From positions 97,028,079 to 97,092,078 of the forward strand of contig NC_057718.1 of NCBI RefSeq assembly GCF_004010195.1: a stretch of DNA of 64,000 nt, read 5' to 3'. Origin of the DNA: Chiloscyllium plagiosum. Its lineage: Eukaryota. The notes beneath the pieces are model-generated. The model did not search any database and was not told where the DNA came from. It worked only from the letters and a program-made list of their open reading frames with translations. The position numbers were made by a program, and so were the translations under genes. This document shows positions 49,631-61,569 of this stretch, piece after piece. Each line of letters begins with the position of its first letter. Positions within the stretch are counted from its first letter, which is position 1.

Positions 49631-51169
49631 CTCTCCCCTCCCTCACTGAAAATCTTTTGTTTTTATCTGTACTTTTATCTGGCACAGTGTTTGCACAGGT
49701 GTCCCTTTTCAGATTTCTTCTCAGCTTGTGACTGGGTTGGTCCTATCTTTAGTCTTTTCGAATTGTCTGTTTTCTCTCTTTCACAACGAAAGACCAGAAG
49801 AAAACAGGGATGTGAAAGACTCCAGCTGTACCGTGGTGAAGATGCACAAAAAGGCATATTCCACAAAATGATCATCGTGCAGCCAGATTGGTGCAAGCTC
49901 TGAGATGCCATTCGTTCGTTCATTGTTTCCATGACAATAAATTATTCCACAGCGGCAACGCAAGTGTATGAGCTTCCCAGAGACAGTTCTCCGTTACAGT
50001 GGCATTTAATTTTTTCCGATTTGTGTTGTAGCAAAAAGTAGCAAACGTCTGATTTGCACTTCAGACGATGTTGACTAATTGACAAATTCGCGTTCAAGGT
50101 GATGGCGATGGGTGGGAAGAGGGCCCAGATACAACGAGAGCCACAGATGGAATTTATGACAGGTTTATTAATGTACAGAAGACAGGCAACTCAGTTTCTC
50201 ATTTGTAATATTATGTGTGATGATATAATCGAAGAGCTCAGCAGTCTCAGTGCAAATTGGCTAATGTTTGCAGTCTGCAGAGCTTTGTAATCTCAGCTCC
50301 CCATTAGGTCTCTTGCGATGTATAGAATATCACAGTTACTGAATTTCTAACCGTGTTGCAGTTTACAGGGCACTGTCGTTAAAGGCAAAGGGCACGTTTG
50401 CCAGCAACATTGTTTTCTGTTATTTGCATCAGAATGAAATTCCAAAATGTGCTTTCGTTAATGCGCTTGTTGATCTGTTTATTTTATACAGTCTGAAAAA
50501 TGCTCTTAAAATATCTGACATTTTCGACTAACATAACAAGCACTTGCAACACGTAACGTGGTGAGCTGTTCCAATTCATGGTGGGGTAATAATGCCTAGC
50601 ATTAAATATTAAATGAGAGTTATGAGGACAAGCACAGACAAATCCATTCCACCACCAGCAGTTTCATAATACCCCCCGCTTTCCAATTTTCTTCCTTTAT
50701 CTGAAGAAAATGGCAGAATATTAACCATTGGCTAATGGGATCATAGTTCGTCTGTGACCTCTGGTCAACAGAATGCCAAGTAGGCCACCTTGCGTCTGAT
50801 TGGAGAGTCCGCCTTGTGTACCATGGAGATGCATACACATCACCGATAGGGAAACCATGCTCCTCTTTATAAACAATGCCAAATTGCACCTCATTGACTG
50901 ACACACAACTGGGATCGGGGGGCAGGGACCCAAACCTACGACATTCCCATTGAGCAAATTGGTCCAGGTTTGACTTAAGACCACTGAGAAACTGCTGGAC
51001 ATCCGAGCACTTTTCTCTCTAGTTTTGATAAAGACTGAGTAAGCGTTACGGATGTTGACAGTGTAAAGACGGAAAGGGTCTTTCCCTCTATGGGAAGGTC
51101 GAGGACCAGAGGGCGTAATCTCAGAATAAGGGGTCATACATTTAAGGCAGAGACACAGATGATCATGTT

Positions 51170-51745
51170 GAAGACGTGTTGAAGACACCCCAGTTTAAAT
51201 TTTGACAAACGGTCTGGAGTCAAGTGGACCCCTGTGGAGAATCTTCCACCGTAAAGCATGGGTCCTATTGCACATTGATATCTTTCTTGCGTTTTCCCAA
51301 ATATCCTCCCATGTGTCTGAGGAAACTTCAACACCTAGCTCTCTCTCCCACACCCTACAGAGTCGATCAAACTCATCTGAGGGGCCGCCCTCCAATCGAT
51401 GATATAAAGTGCTGACAGAAAGTGTACTTTAACACTGAGCATCCCCCTCTCTATGTCGGATTTGTAGGGATCAGTCAAAAGTGTAGTCTTCTTTTGAATA
51501 AAATCCCTTACTTAAAAAAAACGAAAGAGGTCCCTGTTGGATAGCTCATATTTCCATGCTAACTGATCAAAGGGCATCATTGTGATTCCCTCAAATAAAT
51601 CACCCATGCAAGATACACCTCTAGCTGCCCAATGTTTGAATCCTGCATCTATCATCCCCAGTTGAAAACCCAGCATACCCATTATAGGTGTCAGAGAAGA
51701 TGTTTTGCCAATATTGCCTTCCCTCTGCTGAATTGCCCTCCATAC
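51170..51745 (-). mobile_element. L1/Tx1-clade LINE ORF2 C-terminal fragment nested in a CR1 remnant
   Basis: WERELGVEVSSDTWEDIWENARKISMCNRTHALRWKILHR, a zf-RVT-region signature; CR1 sequence at ~51065-51170 and ~51760-51915. Confidence 0.8.
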
Positions 51746-53199
51746 TTTAACAGTATGAATAACTAAGACTGACAGATTTTTATTCGGGAAGGGAATCGAG
51801 GATTATGGAAAAAGGGCAGGAAGGGGGAGTTGAGATTGTCAGATCAGCCACGATCTTGTAGAGTAGTGGAACAGACTGGATGGGCTGAATGGCTTCCATC
51901 TGTTCCTATATCTTATAAATATCTTGACAGTGGGACTGCTGAATCTCTATTCCATGATTTTGTTCCCCAACATCCGTTCCCTGAACGTATTGTAGATCTT
52001 TCCAATCAGTCATTGCAAAGATGTCATTTACACTCCTTTGGAGCACATTGGTCTTAAACCTGGCCCTCCTGGCTTCAAGAGAGGAATATTACCACTATGC
52101 CAGAAAATCCCATATTTAAGTGTTTTTCAATATTTTGTACAGCAACCTGATCAGAGATATTATGACAAATGGGACTTGAACCCTAACCCTAACCCTGTGG
52201 CAAGGACATTACCACAAGAACCCTCCTGAAGGTATTATAAGTTTGAAAGGTATTAGGAATATTTAAACAGGGCAAAAAGTTTTATTTGGATATGAATTCA
52301 GGCATGAGTAAGTGCAATGGAAGGAGCTGTTTTGTCCAAAGTATAGCTGTCATAGCAGATCTGAAACCCATAAGGAGAATAGGTTTTATTGTTCCAGTGA
52401 GTACAGTTATCTGGGAAACATTACTCTCTAACACCAAATACGTAGAAGAATCTGTTTTCGGTTTTTGCGCATATTGATATGTGTGAGTCCCTATGTAATT
52501 AATGTGTTTGCAACAAATAGGCCACAGATTCAAAGTAAATTAGGTCCAAAGCAAAATGATTATAAGTCTGCTGTGTGATAGATTTTTTTTTGCAGTCAGG
52601 ATTTATTTGGACATTGACTATTGATTTGCAACTGGTTTGTGTAACTGTGCTGCATGTTTATCAGTAATGGGCTTGACAGTGACAGTCAGGCAGATAGGTG
52701 TTTAAATTGTTGGTTCTTGTTGCCGTTATGTCAGGCTGTGTACATGATGTGCAGGGTTTGGCCAGCCCACCTCCTAGTTTGTCCCTCGAGTCCTACATTC
52801 TCTCACAAGATATTGATGAAAGTGACTTCCTGTCCGTAATAGTTAAAGCTGTTACCTGACCGTAGCCTGTGAGGTAGCACAGGATCAGTAGTTAAACGAA
52901 AGAGCAACCTGATTCAGTGCACAGACATCAGAGAGGTTGAGATTTTCTTCGTTATGTCAAAGCTTCCTTTCTCAGGACAGTGTTTTGTGCTCGGAGGCAA
53001 GTTTTCTTTGGGTCTTGTACATCTTAAAGACAAACCTGCAAAGAATCATCCGTCGTTTGCCAGTTCCCCAAGCCCCTCCATCCCAGACATTCATTACCTC
53101 CTCTTTCCCCCTTGCTTTACAAAGGTGATAGCAGTTTCTGATCTCTGTTGTTGGATGTGATTGAGGAAAGTAGCTGCTTGTGCCCTTTGCCTTCCTTGC

Positions 53200-53895
53200 C
53201 TGTCCCAGAACAACAATCGGACTTCCCCTTATCCTCACGTTCCACCTCTGCCTACAGGATTCTGTATTACATTTGCACATCCTTTGATCTAACCTACTGC
53301 ATTCACTGCTCACCACACTGGCTCCTTTACGTTGTAGATTCGATGGCCACTCTGTGAGAATGATGTTGACCATCCATTTGCTTGCCATTTCAAGACACCA
53401 TCTGGCTCCCATTTCTGTTTTAGGTCTGATGCCGTTAGCTCATTGCAAACTTGAAGAAAAACAACCCATTTTCTGCTTTGGAATTTTACAACCATCAGGA
53501 TGCGACATTGAGTTCAACAGCTTCAGGGCATGAATAATATCATCCTTTTTTATTACATCTCATTCCCTCCCCCCACCACCCACCCCTGTGTCTCATTTGC
53601 AGAGGTTTGTACTCAGAAAAGTCAACCTATATTCAACACTTGCCATTCCCATCTATCATTTGCACCTATTTTGCATCTATTTCGCTCCTTCAGTACTGTT
53701 AGCGCTCCCTTTTTCTTTGCTCTGGATAACATCACCCTCAATTCCACTTCTTCTTCTTCTGCCTTTGTCAACAGTTTAAAAGTCATCATTTGCAAAAAAC
53801 TCTTCAGTTCTGAAGAAGATCGTACTGGACTGAAAGTGGTCTCTGCAGATGCTGCCAGACCTGCTGATGGTTTCTAGCATTTGCTGTTTTTATTA
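53200..53895 (+). mobile_element. Degenerate Penelope element 3' part (GIY-YIG remnant plus terminal repeat)
   Basis: ICTSFDLTYCIHCS...LLYV and KLEEKQPIFCFGILQPSG remnants; CTGAAGAAG...GAAA at ~53810. Confidence 0.7.
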
Positions 53896-53954
53896 TCTGT
53901 GATCACTGTTCAGGTGATGAAGTCACATTTTACCAAAGTGCCGATGTCCAGTCA

Positions 53955-54755
53955 TTAAGACCACAAGGCCAGATGGTGCAAGGCCATTCAGCCCAAAGAG
54001 TCCACTCCTGCATTCAATGTCTAAGCTGAAATCCTCAACTCCACTTCCCTGCCCTATCCCCATAACCCTTGATTTCCTTCCCAATTAAACATCTCCGTCA
54101 CAGCCTTGAATATGCTTAATGGCCCAGCCTTGAAAGCCCTGTGCGGTAAAGAATTCCATAGATTCACCATCCTCAGAGAGAAGAGATTCCTCCTAATCTC
54201 TCTGTCTTGAACATGGCAAGGTTAAATAATCCATTATGTTGCTCCAGAAACTCTCTGCACCGAGCATGAACAGATACATGAACAGACAGGGGACAGAGGG
54301 ATATGGACCGTGCACAGGGAGATAGGATTAATTTAGAATGGAATTGTGGTTGGCACACATATGGTGGGCCACAGGGCATCTTGTGCTGTACTGCTCCATA
54401 TCAAAGGTACAGCCTCTTGTTCTGAGGTTATGCCCCTGATCCTAGACTCTCCCGCGAGGAAAATAACTTCTCTTGTTCCACTCTATCAAGAATATTTTTC
54501 AGTAAAATATCCTCTCTTTCTCTTAGACTCCACTGGGTACGATCCCAATTCACTCAATCTCGCAGAAGACAATCCCTCCATACTTGGAGGTCAGCCTTAG
54601 TGAACCTTCTCTGGTCTGCTGCCAAGGCCAGTATATCGTTCTCCAGAGTAAGGGGACAAAAGTATTCACACTGTGGTCGAACTAGTGCCTTTCTAGTTTT
54701 CGCAAAACCTCCCAATGTCTGTACTTCATTCTCCTCAAAATAAAGGCCACAATTG
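53955..54755 (-). mobile_element. Old CR1 fragment with a nested plus-strand CR1 tail (~54250-54405)
   Basis: Similar to 8625-9230 and 19478-21145. Confidence 0.65.
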
Positions 54756-54898
54756 GGTAGCTAACAGTTTACCTCACCTTTCTTCAATGGGCCTGTGTTT
54801 CTAAGCATGTTGCTCCCATGACCCCGCACCTTCCACCATCTGCTTCGCCACCCTGCTACCTTCAAATGGTGCAGCTGGGACTTTGGCCCCATGACACA

Positions 54899-55222
54899 GG
54901 GCGGCACGGTGGCTCAGTGGTTAGCACCGCTGCCTCACAGCACCAGGGACCCGGGTTTGATTCCAGCCTCAGTCGACTGTCTGTGTGGAGTTTGCACATT
55001 CTCCCTGTGTCTGCGTGAGTTTCGTTGGAGTACTCCGGTTTCCTCCTACGATCCAAAGATCTGCAGGTTAGGTGAATTGGTGTTCAGGAATGTATAGGTT
55101 AGGTGTATTAGTCGGGGGTAAATGTAGAGTAGTAGGGGGATGGGTCTGGATGGGTTACTCTTCGGAGGGTCGGTGTGGACATATTGGGCCTGATGGCCTG
55201 TTTCCACATTTTAGGGATTCAA
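54899..55222 (+). mobile_element. HE1-like SINE
   Basis: GGGCGGCACGGTGGCTCAGTGG head, B-box-like GGTTTGATTCC, conserved core. Confidence 0.9.
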
Positions 55223-56491
55223 TAATTTCCGTGACATGGACATATTGCAAATTCTCAAGTCCGCAAAGCTGGGAAGAGTAGTGTGTTCAACCCACGGCAA
55301 CCACCTGCAGCACACAGCCCTGGTTTACCCAGTCAGATATTATGGAAGAGAGATGAATTCCTGGGAGCAAGACCCCTGCCACCCATGGATTGAATCCTAG
55401 TTCCCTCTGTTATTATTCTAGTCCCCTGGGAGCTCAGATACACACGTAACTGTTGAAGCATTTCTGAAGGCCATGCTCTGTACATTAAAGGTGGAAATCT
55501 GCTCAGCCGCTGTTGCTGTAACATCTTCCTCTCTCCCGATGATCAGACTTTCCCTGAGAGAAGTTTTTATTTTATGATTTCCTAGCAGCGATCGCTTTCC
55601 TGCAGGGCAAACCATCTGGCAGATTTGTTTACACAAAACAAATGCAGAGCTCTCACTGTCGGCCGGTCGGTAGTTTCGCATAAGTAACAATTGAACGATC
55701 TGAGATAGTGAATGCTCGAACATTGAGGCTGGCAGTTCAGAGGAGATTGGGTGTTTGAAGTGAAGACTTCCAACACCCAGAGTGTTGAGGTCAGATTGTC
55801 TGTGGATATTCTCCCTGACGAAACCATCATTGGAAGAAATGTCATCAGTAAGTTCAGCTGAAGGTTTTGATGAATAGAGCAGGGAACATCTTCATTGACT
55901 CCATTTTATCTCCAGGATGAGACTGGATAGAGTCCATGATAAAAAACATCTAAGTGATGTGCAAATGAGCTAATGCCCCTTTCTCAATGAAGGCTTCCAT
56001 GGCACTATCGTCCATCATACAACTGTAACCACTATGATAAAGATTACACAGCTAACCTTTGGTATCAGAGCAAACTGGGCAGTTATAAATGTCTGTGTTG
56101 CAAGGTGAACCGCAGCATTATAGATGTGATCTTATTGATAGAAAGTGGCACAATTGAAACTCCTGATTGGCTGGCTAATCTCCGTTGCTGCACCTTTCGC
56201 ACTTTTTGTGTCTCCTTTCGAGTGAGATCTATCGAGCCGACCTCAGGTTGTGCAAGCTTCGATCAGCCAGCTCTGTGCAGTGAACGTTGTGCCGTGTCCC
56301 AATGGGTCAGTGCTGCAACAGTTTGCAAAATTGCCAGATTAACCATTGGGAGAACCAACCATCCCAGTTTCCATTCATGTTCATCTCTTCCGGATTCTTT
56401 TGGTGCAAATTGATTTGTTATCGTGAATAATTTCAGTGGAACCTTGTGTTCGTGAAAACCTGAAGCAGGGCGGAGTGCAGATATTCAGATT

Positions 56492-57053
56492 CAAGATGGC
56501 GGCAACATAGGACTTCTCAGCCAGAGCTCCTCCATTCCTTTCGGATTCTTTTCTCTTTGTTTTTCTCCTGTGCTTTCATTCTCCTTCTTTCTTCTTGGTG
56601 ATGTCCTGAACCTCCGGCCTCCGTGCGGACCTGGATGCTGGGCCTCAGAGCAGGCTCCAACCCTTGGCCTCAGCGTAGGCCTGGTGTGGTGGCCTGGCAT
56701 GGCCTCAGCATGGACGTCTAGTCTCGAGATGATTCCAGAGTGGTCTCCTGGACTTGAGAGCCTGGAGGTGAAGCCTGATACAGTCTGGAGTCAAGGCGGG
56801 GACTTGAGGGGAAGTGTCAGCATCGACTGTGTTGGAAGGACTGTTATTCTGAACCTTTTATTTCTTTACTTTTTAAATTTATTCCTATGATCTGTAATGC
56901 TGGACTTAATTTTTTCTAATTTTTTTTCCCCTAAGAATTGGCACTTTAGAATGTCTACCCAGGTACCTTGGTACCCAAAGTGGCGCTATAAGTGGCGACT
57001 TGTAAACCTTTCACTACTCATTTGAATTCGTGTGACAATAATTCTAATTCTAA
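56492..57053 (+). mobile_element. YY1-headed, Rex1-tailed non-autonomous element (cleanest copy)
   Basis: Starts CAAGATGGCGGC (56492-56503), ends gtgacaataattctaattctaa; no tRNA A/B boxes seen; no recognisable ORF. Confidence 0.7.
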
Positions 57054-57494
57054 GAGAGCTGATGTTATAGTTTCTGTTATTTCTCTTCACTCCCAACGTA
57101 GAACTATCCAAGGGTCAGAGGAAATACTCATATTGTGTCAAGTTCTGTAACCTTGAGAAACATGATCACTGACTGTTAGGGAATGGCAAGGACATTGTGT
57201 TACCTTTCATAACGAGCTGGAGAACAAACAGCTCGCTGCTATTTACTTTAAGCCAGCTGTCCACACCGGTATTTAGGTTATGCTATTCTATTTTTTTGGG
57301 ACCATCACTAGTTGTATTATTATTGTCAGGAAATACCGTTCTCAAGGAAGGTCATTTTGCAGTCATTTTTATTGCCAAAGATATAAAGGCTGTTGTTCCT
57401 TTCTCACTGTCTGCTAGGTTCCCAGTCTTCATGCGATGCAGGTGAGGTACGTCACTGCGCCAGTGAAGGAAAGAGATTAAGCTCATCTCCAAAC

Positions 57495-57960
57495 CCAGTC
57501 ATAGACTCACACAGCACAGAAGCAAACCCTCCAGTCCAACTAAACTATCCCACTTGCTTGCATTTAGCCCACATTCCTCCAAACCTTTCCTATTAATGTA
57601 CCTGTCCAAAGGTATTTTTAATGTTCACACAGCACAGAAGCAAACCCTCCAGTCCAACTAGTCCACGCTGGCCAAGCTTCCCAACTAAACTATCCCACTT
57701 GCTTGCATTTAGCCCACATTCCTCCAAACCTTTCCTATTAATGTACCTGTCCAAAGGTATTTTTAATGTTCCAACATCTACCACTTCCTCTGGTTCATTC
57801 CACATACAAACCACCCTCTGTGTAAAAAATATTACCCCTCAGGTCCCTTTTCAAATCTTTCTTCCCTCACCTTAAAAAATATTACCCCTCAGCTTTTGAA
57901 CTCCCCCTCCCTAGGAGAAAGACCTTTTACTGTTCGCATTATCTATCCCCCTCATGATCC
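57495..57960 (-). mobile_element. CR1 3' fragment with an internal tandem duplication
   Basis: WNEPEEVVDVG peptide; 57508-57625 duplicates 57626-57770. Confidence 0.85.
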
Positions 57961-58411
57961 GACTCACTGACCTCACATGTGGATCTGGTAACCGTGTCCT
58001 TTATCATTGACCTCCCAAATCTTACAATTCAGTAACACTGGGTAATTTATCTCTGCCTGTTTGCAAGGACAGTTTACCACAAATTTGACTTAAAAGAACA
58101 AAGATTTTGTCCATTAAAACAAAAACATCGATTGTTTTGTCAATGGCTGTGATTATTGACTCTATTAAATCTTAATTATTGAGATGAATGAACTGACAGC
58201 TTAGTACTTCATATGAAATGATCAATAAAACTCAATGTGTCTGTCATCTCAAATGGCCGGCTCATGGACGTAGAGGGAAACGTTTTTGTCCTTATCTGTT
58301 GAAGCCAGGCAATGATCCATTTGATTCACAAAGTAAGCAATGCTTATTGGCCCCAAAAGAGAACTGAACATTCTTAGTTTTGTCTATTCTGTTGGCTGTC
58401 AGATTTCGAGG

Positions 58412-58540
58412 TGCAAGATTAGAGTGGTGCTGGAAAAGCACAGCAGGTCAGGCAGCATCCAAGGAGCAGGAGAATCGATGTTTCAGGCAAAGGCCCTTCA
58501 TCAGGCATGAGATGAATGGTTCCTGCCCGAAACATCGATC
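58412..58540 (-). mobile_element. Penelope terminal repeat with an HHR core and a short inverted partner
   Basis: Minus strand CTGATGA-A-GGGC-CTTT-GCCT-GAAA-C-ATC (58477-58504); plus strand gcccgaaacatcgat follows. Confidence 0.78.
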
Positions 58541-58821
58541 AACAGTGATTGCTGTTAATCTATTAACATGGCTTCAATGACATTGGCAGCAAGTTTGCAT
58601 TGATGTTGGCAGGAATAGATTCACAGACAAAATAGTTGGCAAACGTTCAGTAACTGTCTGTCAAACCGGTGACAGATTGGGCTGGGAGAGATCTGGTGGC
58701 TGGAATGTCATGTCTTTCAGAGAAGTTGTGAAATTAACAATGGAAAACCGAGCTGTTCTGTTCTCTGAAACTGAAAGAAGAAAATGATGCTTGTTGTTTC
58801 TCTTGGCCAGTTTCGATGCCA

Positions 58822-58934
58822 GAGCGAAAGTGAGGACTGCAGATGCTGGAGAGTCAGGGTCGAAAAGTATGGTGCTGGAAAAGCACGGCAGGTCAGCAGC
58901 ATCTGAGGAGCAGGAGAATCGACGTTTCGGGCAT
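58822..58934 (-). mobile_element. Penelope terminal-repeat fragment clipped within the HHR
   Basis: gtgaggactgcagatgctggaga...gagaatcgacgtttcgggcat. Confidence 0.78.
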
Positions 58935-59366
58935 GTGGAGGGGGAAGGGGAACCTGTCAGTGTCCTGGCTAATGCTGTCTCCTTTCATCCACATCACAGA
59001 ATCAATAAAAAAACAGAAATCAGGTTGTAACAAGGCATTTCAGATGCAGTTGCTTCCCTCCCCCACCACTCCCTTATGGTTGAGGTAGAGACAGAAGACA
59101 ACCAGTCTTGGGGCCAGTGGGCAACCAACTTCTGGGAAAGTTCCTCTCCAATCATTTCAGGTGATCAAAGCCAGTTCAGGGGATCATGTGTCCTCGATCT
59201 AAAGAGATCTGTGCACTAATCGTGAACTGATCCATCTCACTCTTGATATTCACTGTATTAGCACCACGCACTCTGGCCAGAAAGGGCCTCCCCATGTCTA
59301 GTCTATGCTTTATGGTTTAAATACGTTCTTTTTATTCTTTCATGGGAAGTGGACATCACTGGCAAG

Positions 59367-61062
59367 AGTCCAAACGTGTGGTGCTGGAAAGGTACAGCTG
59401 GTCAGGCAAGATCTGGGGAGCAAGAGAATTGCCGTTTCAGGCATAAACCCTTCCTCTTATGGGCCAAGAGGACTGAGAGATAAATGGGAGGGGTATGGGG
59501 CTGGGGAGAAGGTTGCTGAGAATGCAATAGGTAGATGAAGATGGGGTGAAGATGATAGGTTGGAGAGGAGGGTGGAGCGGATAGATGAGAAGGAAGATGG
59601 ACAGGTAGAACAGGCCAAGAGGGCAGTGTCGAGTTGGAAGGTTGGATCTGGGATAAGGTGGGGGGAGGGGAAATGAGGAAACTAGTGAAGTTCACATTGA
59701 TCCCATGTGGTTGGAGTGTACCGAAGTGGAGGGTCCATTCTTCCTCCAGGCGGCGGGTGGTTAGGGATTGGCTATGGAGGAGGCCCAGGATCTGTATGTC
59801 CTTGGGGGAGTGGGAGGGGGAGTTGAAGTGTTCAGCCACAGGGTGGTGGGGTTGGTTGGTGCGGGTGACCCGGACATGTTCTCTGACATGATCTGCAAGT
59901 TGGCATCCTGCCTTCCCAGTGTAGAGGAGACCATATCGGGTGCAGCAGATGCAGTAGATGACATGTGTGAAGTACAGATAAGTTTCTGTCGGATGTGGAA
60001 GGAGCCTTTGGGGCCTTGGATGGAGGTGAGGCGGGGGCAAGTGTGGGTGCAGGTTTTGCACTTCCTGTGGTGGCAGGTGAAGGTGCTGGGAGAGGAGGGT
60101 GGGTTGTTGGGTAGGTGTGGATCCGACAAGGGAGTGACGGAGGGAATGGTCTCTCCAAAATGCAGATGGGGTGGGGAGGGAAGTATATCTCTGGTGGTGG
60201 GGTCTGTTTGCAGGTGTTGGAAGTGGCGGAAGATGATGTGATGTATCCGGAGGTTGATGGAGTGGAAGGTGAGGACTAGGGGAGTTCTGTCATTATGGTG
60301 ATTGGAGTGGTGGGGTTCAAGGGCGAAGGTGCAGGAAGTGGATGAGATGCGCTGGTGGGCATCGTCAACCACTTGGGAGGGGAAATTGTGGTCTTTGAAG
60401 AAGGAGACCATCTAGGATGTTCTGTGGTGGAATTGGTCCTCCTGGGAGCAATGTGGCGGTGGCAGAGGAATTGAGAATAAGGAATTGCATTTTTACAGTG
60501 GGTAGGGTGGGAGGAGGTGTAGTCCAAGTAGCTGTGGAAATCGGTGGATTTGTAGTAGATGTCTGTGTGGAGTCAGTCACCAGAAATGGAGATGGAGAGG
60601 TCCAGGAAGGGGAGGGAGGTGTCCAAGATAGTCCAGGTGAACTTGAGGTCAGGGTGGAAGGTGTTCGTGAAGTTGATGAACTGTTGAACCTCCTCGTGGG
60701 AGCATGGGATGGCGTTGATACAGTCATCAATGTCGCGGAGGAAAAAGTGGGGAATGGTGCCAGTGTAGCAGCGGCAGATGGACTGTTCCACATACACGAT
60801 GAAGAGGCAGGCATAGCTGGGTCCCATGTGGGTGCCCATGGCTATCTCTTTGGTCTGGAGGAAGAGGGAGGATTCAAAGGAGAAATTGTTGAGGGTGAGG
60901 ACCAGTTCAGCCAAAATTAGAATGTCAATGGAAGGGTTCTGATGGGGATGATGGGAGAGGAAGAAATGGAGGGCTTGGATGCCTTCGTCATGGCGGATAG
61001 AGGTGTATAGGGACTGGATGTCCATGATGAAGATGAGGCATTGGGGGCCGGCGAACTGAAAG
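59367..61062 (-). mobile_element. Penelope-like retroelement, 5'-truncated and frameshifted (RT + GIY-YIG + 3' terminal repeat)
   Basis: RT motifs MDIQSLYTSI, QTKEIAMGTHMGPSYACLF and LRDIDD; GIY-YIG-like VIYCICCTRYGLLYTG; TSD TCACTGGCAAG (59356-59366) / TCATTGGCAAG (61063-61073). Confidence 0.93.
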
Positions 61063-61400
61063 TCATTGGCAAGGCCAAGATTTGTTGCCCAAAACTATTT
61101 CCCCTTAAACTGAGCGGCTTGTTCATGCTATGTTACTGGGCAGCTAAGAGCTAACCACATTGTTGCCCGTCTGGAGTCACATGTAAACCAAAGCAAGTAA
61201 GGATGACAAATTTCCCTCCCTAAAGGGCTTTAGTGAACCACATGGGATTTTATAACAATTGTTGTTAATTTTATTATTGAGACTAGCGTTATATTCTGGA
61301 TTTTTATTTAATTGAATTTAAATTCTGTAACTTGTGGAGGTGGGTTTTGAACCCGTGAACCTGGGTCCCCGAATTATTATTCCAGTGACATTACTGGCCG
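61063..61400 (-). mobile_element. SINE family B copy split by the Penelope insertion (3' end at 59330-59366)
   Basis: Sequence continuity across the TSD. Confidence 0.65.
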
Positions 61401-61569
61401 GTTATTGTTGATCTCAGCAATCTGTGAATCATCCCACAGTAATCTCCAACCTTCTCATTAATGTGTGTGGATTTTTATCAGCTCCATTTTAAGGCTGTAC
61501 TGTACTGAAACAAATATGGTTTGTTTTAAAACTACAGTAAATCAAGGATATTGTTCAGCCAAAAGGGTT

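Noticed and set aside
52179..52196. AACCCT telomere-like repeat
   Set aside because: Only about three units inside a SINE-head-like fragment; consistent with local slippage
59402..61126. Functional RT/endonuclease gene
   Set aside because: 5'-truncated, multiple frameshifts and altered motifs; annotated as a dead Penelope copy
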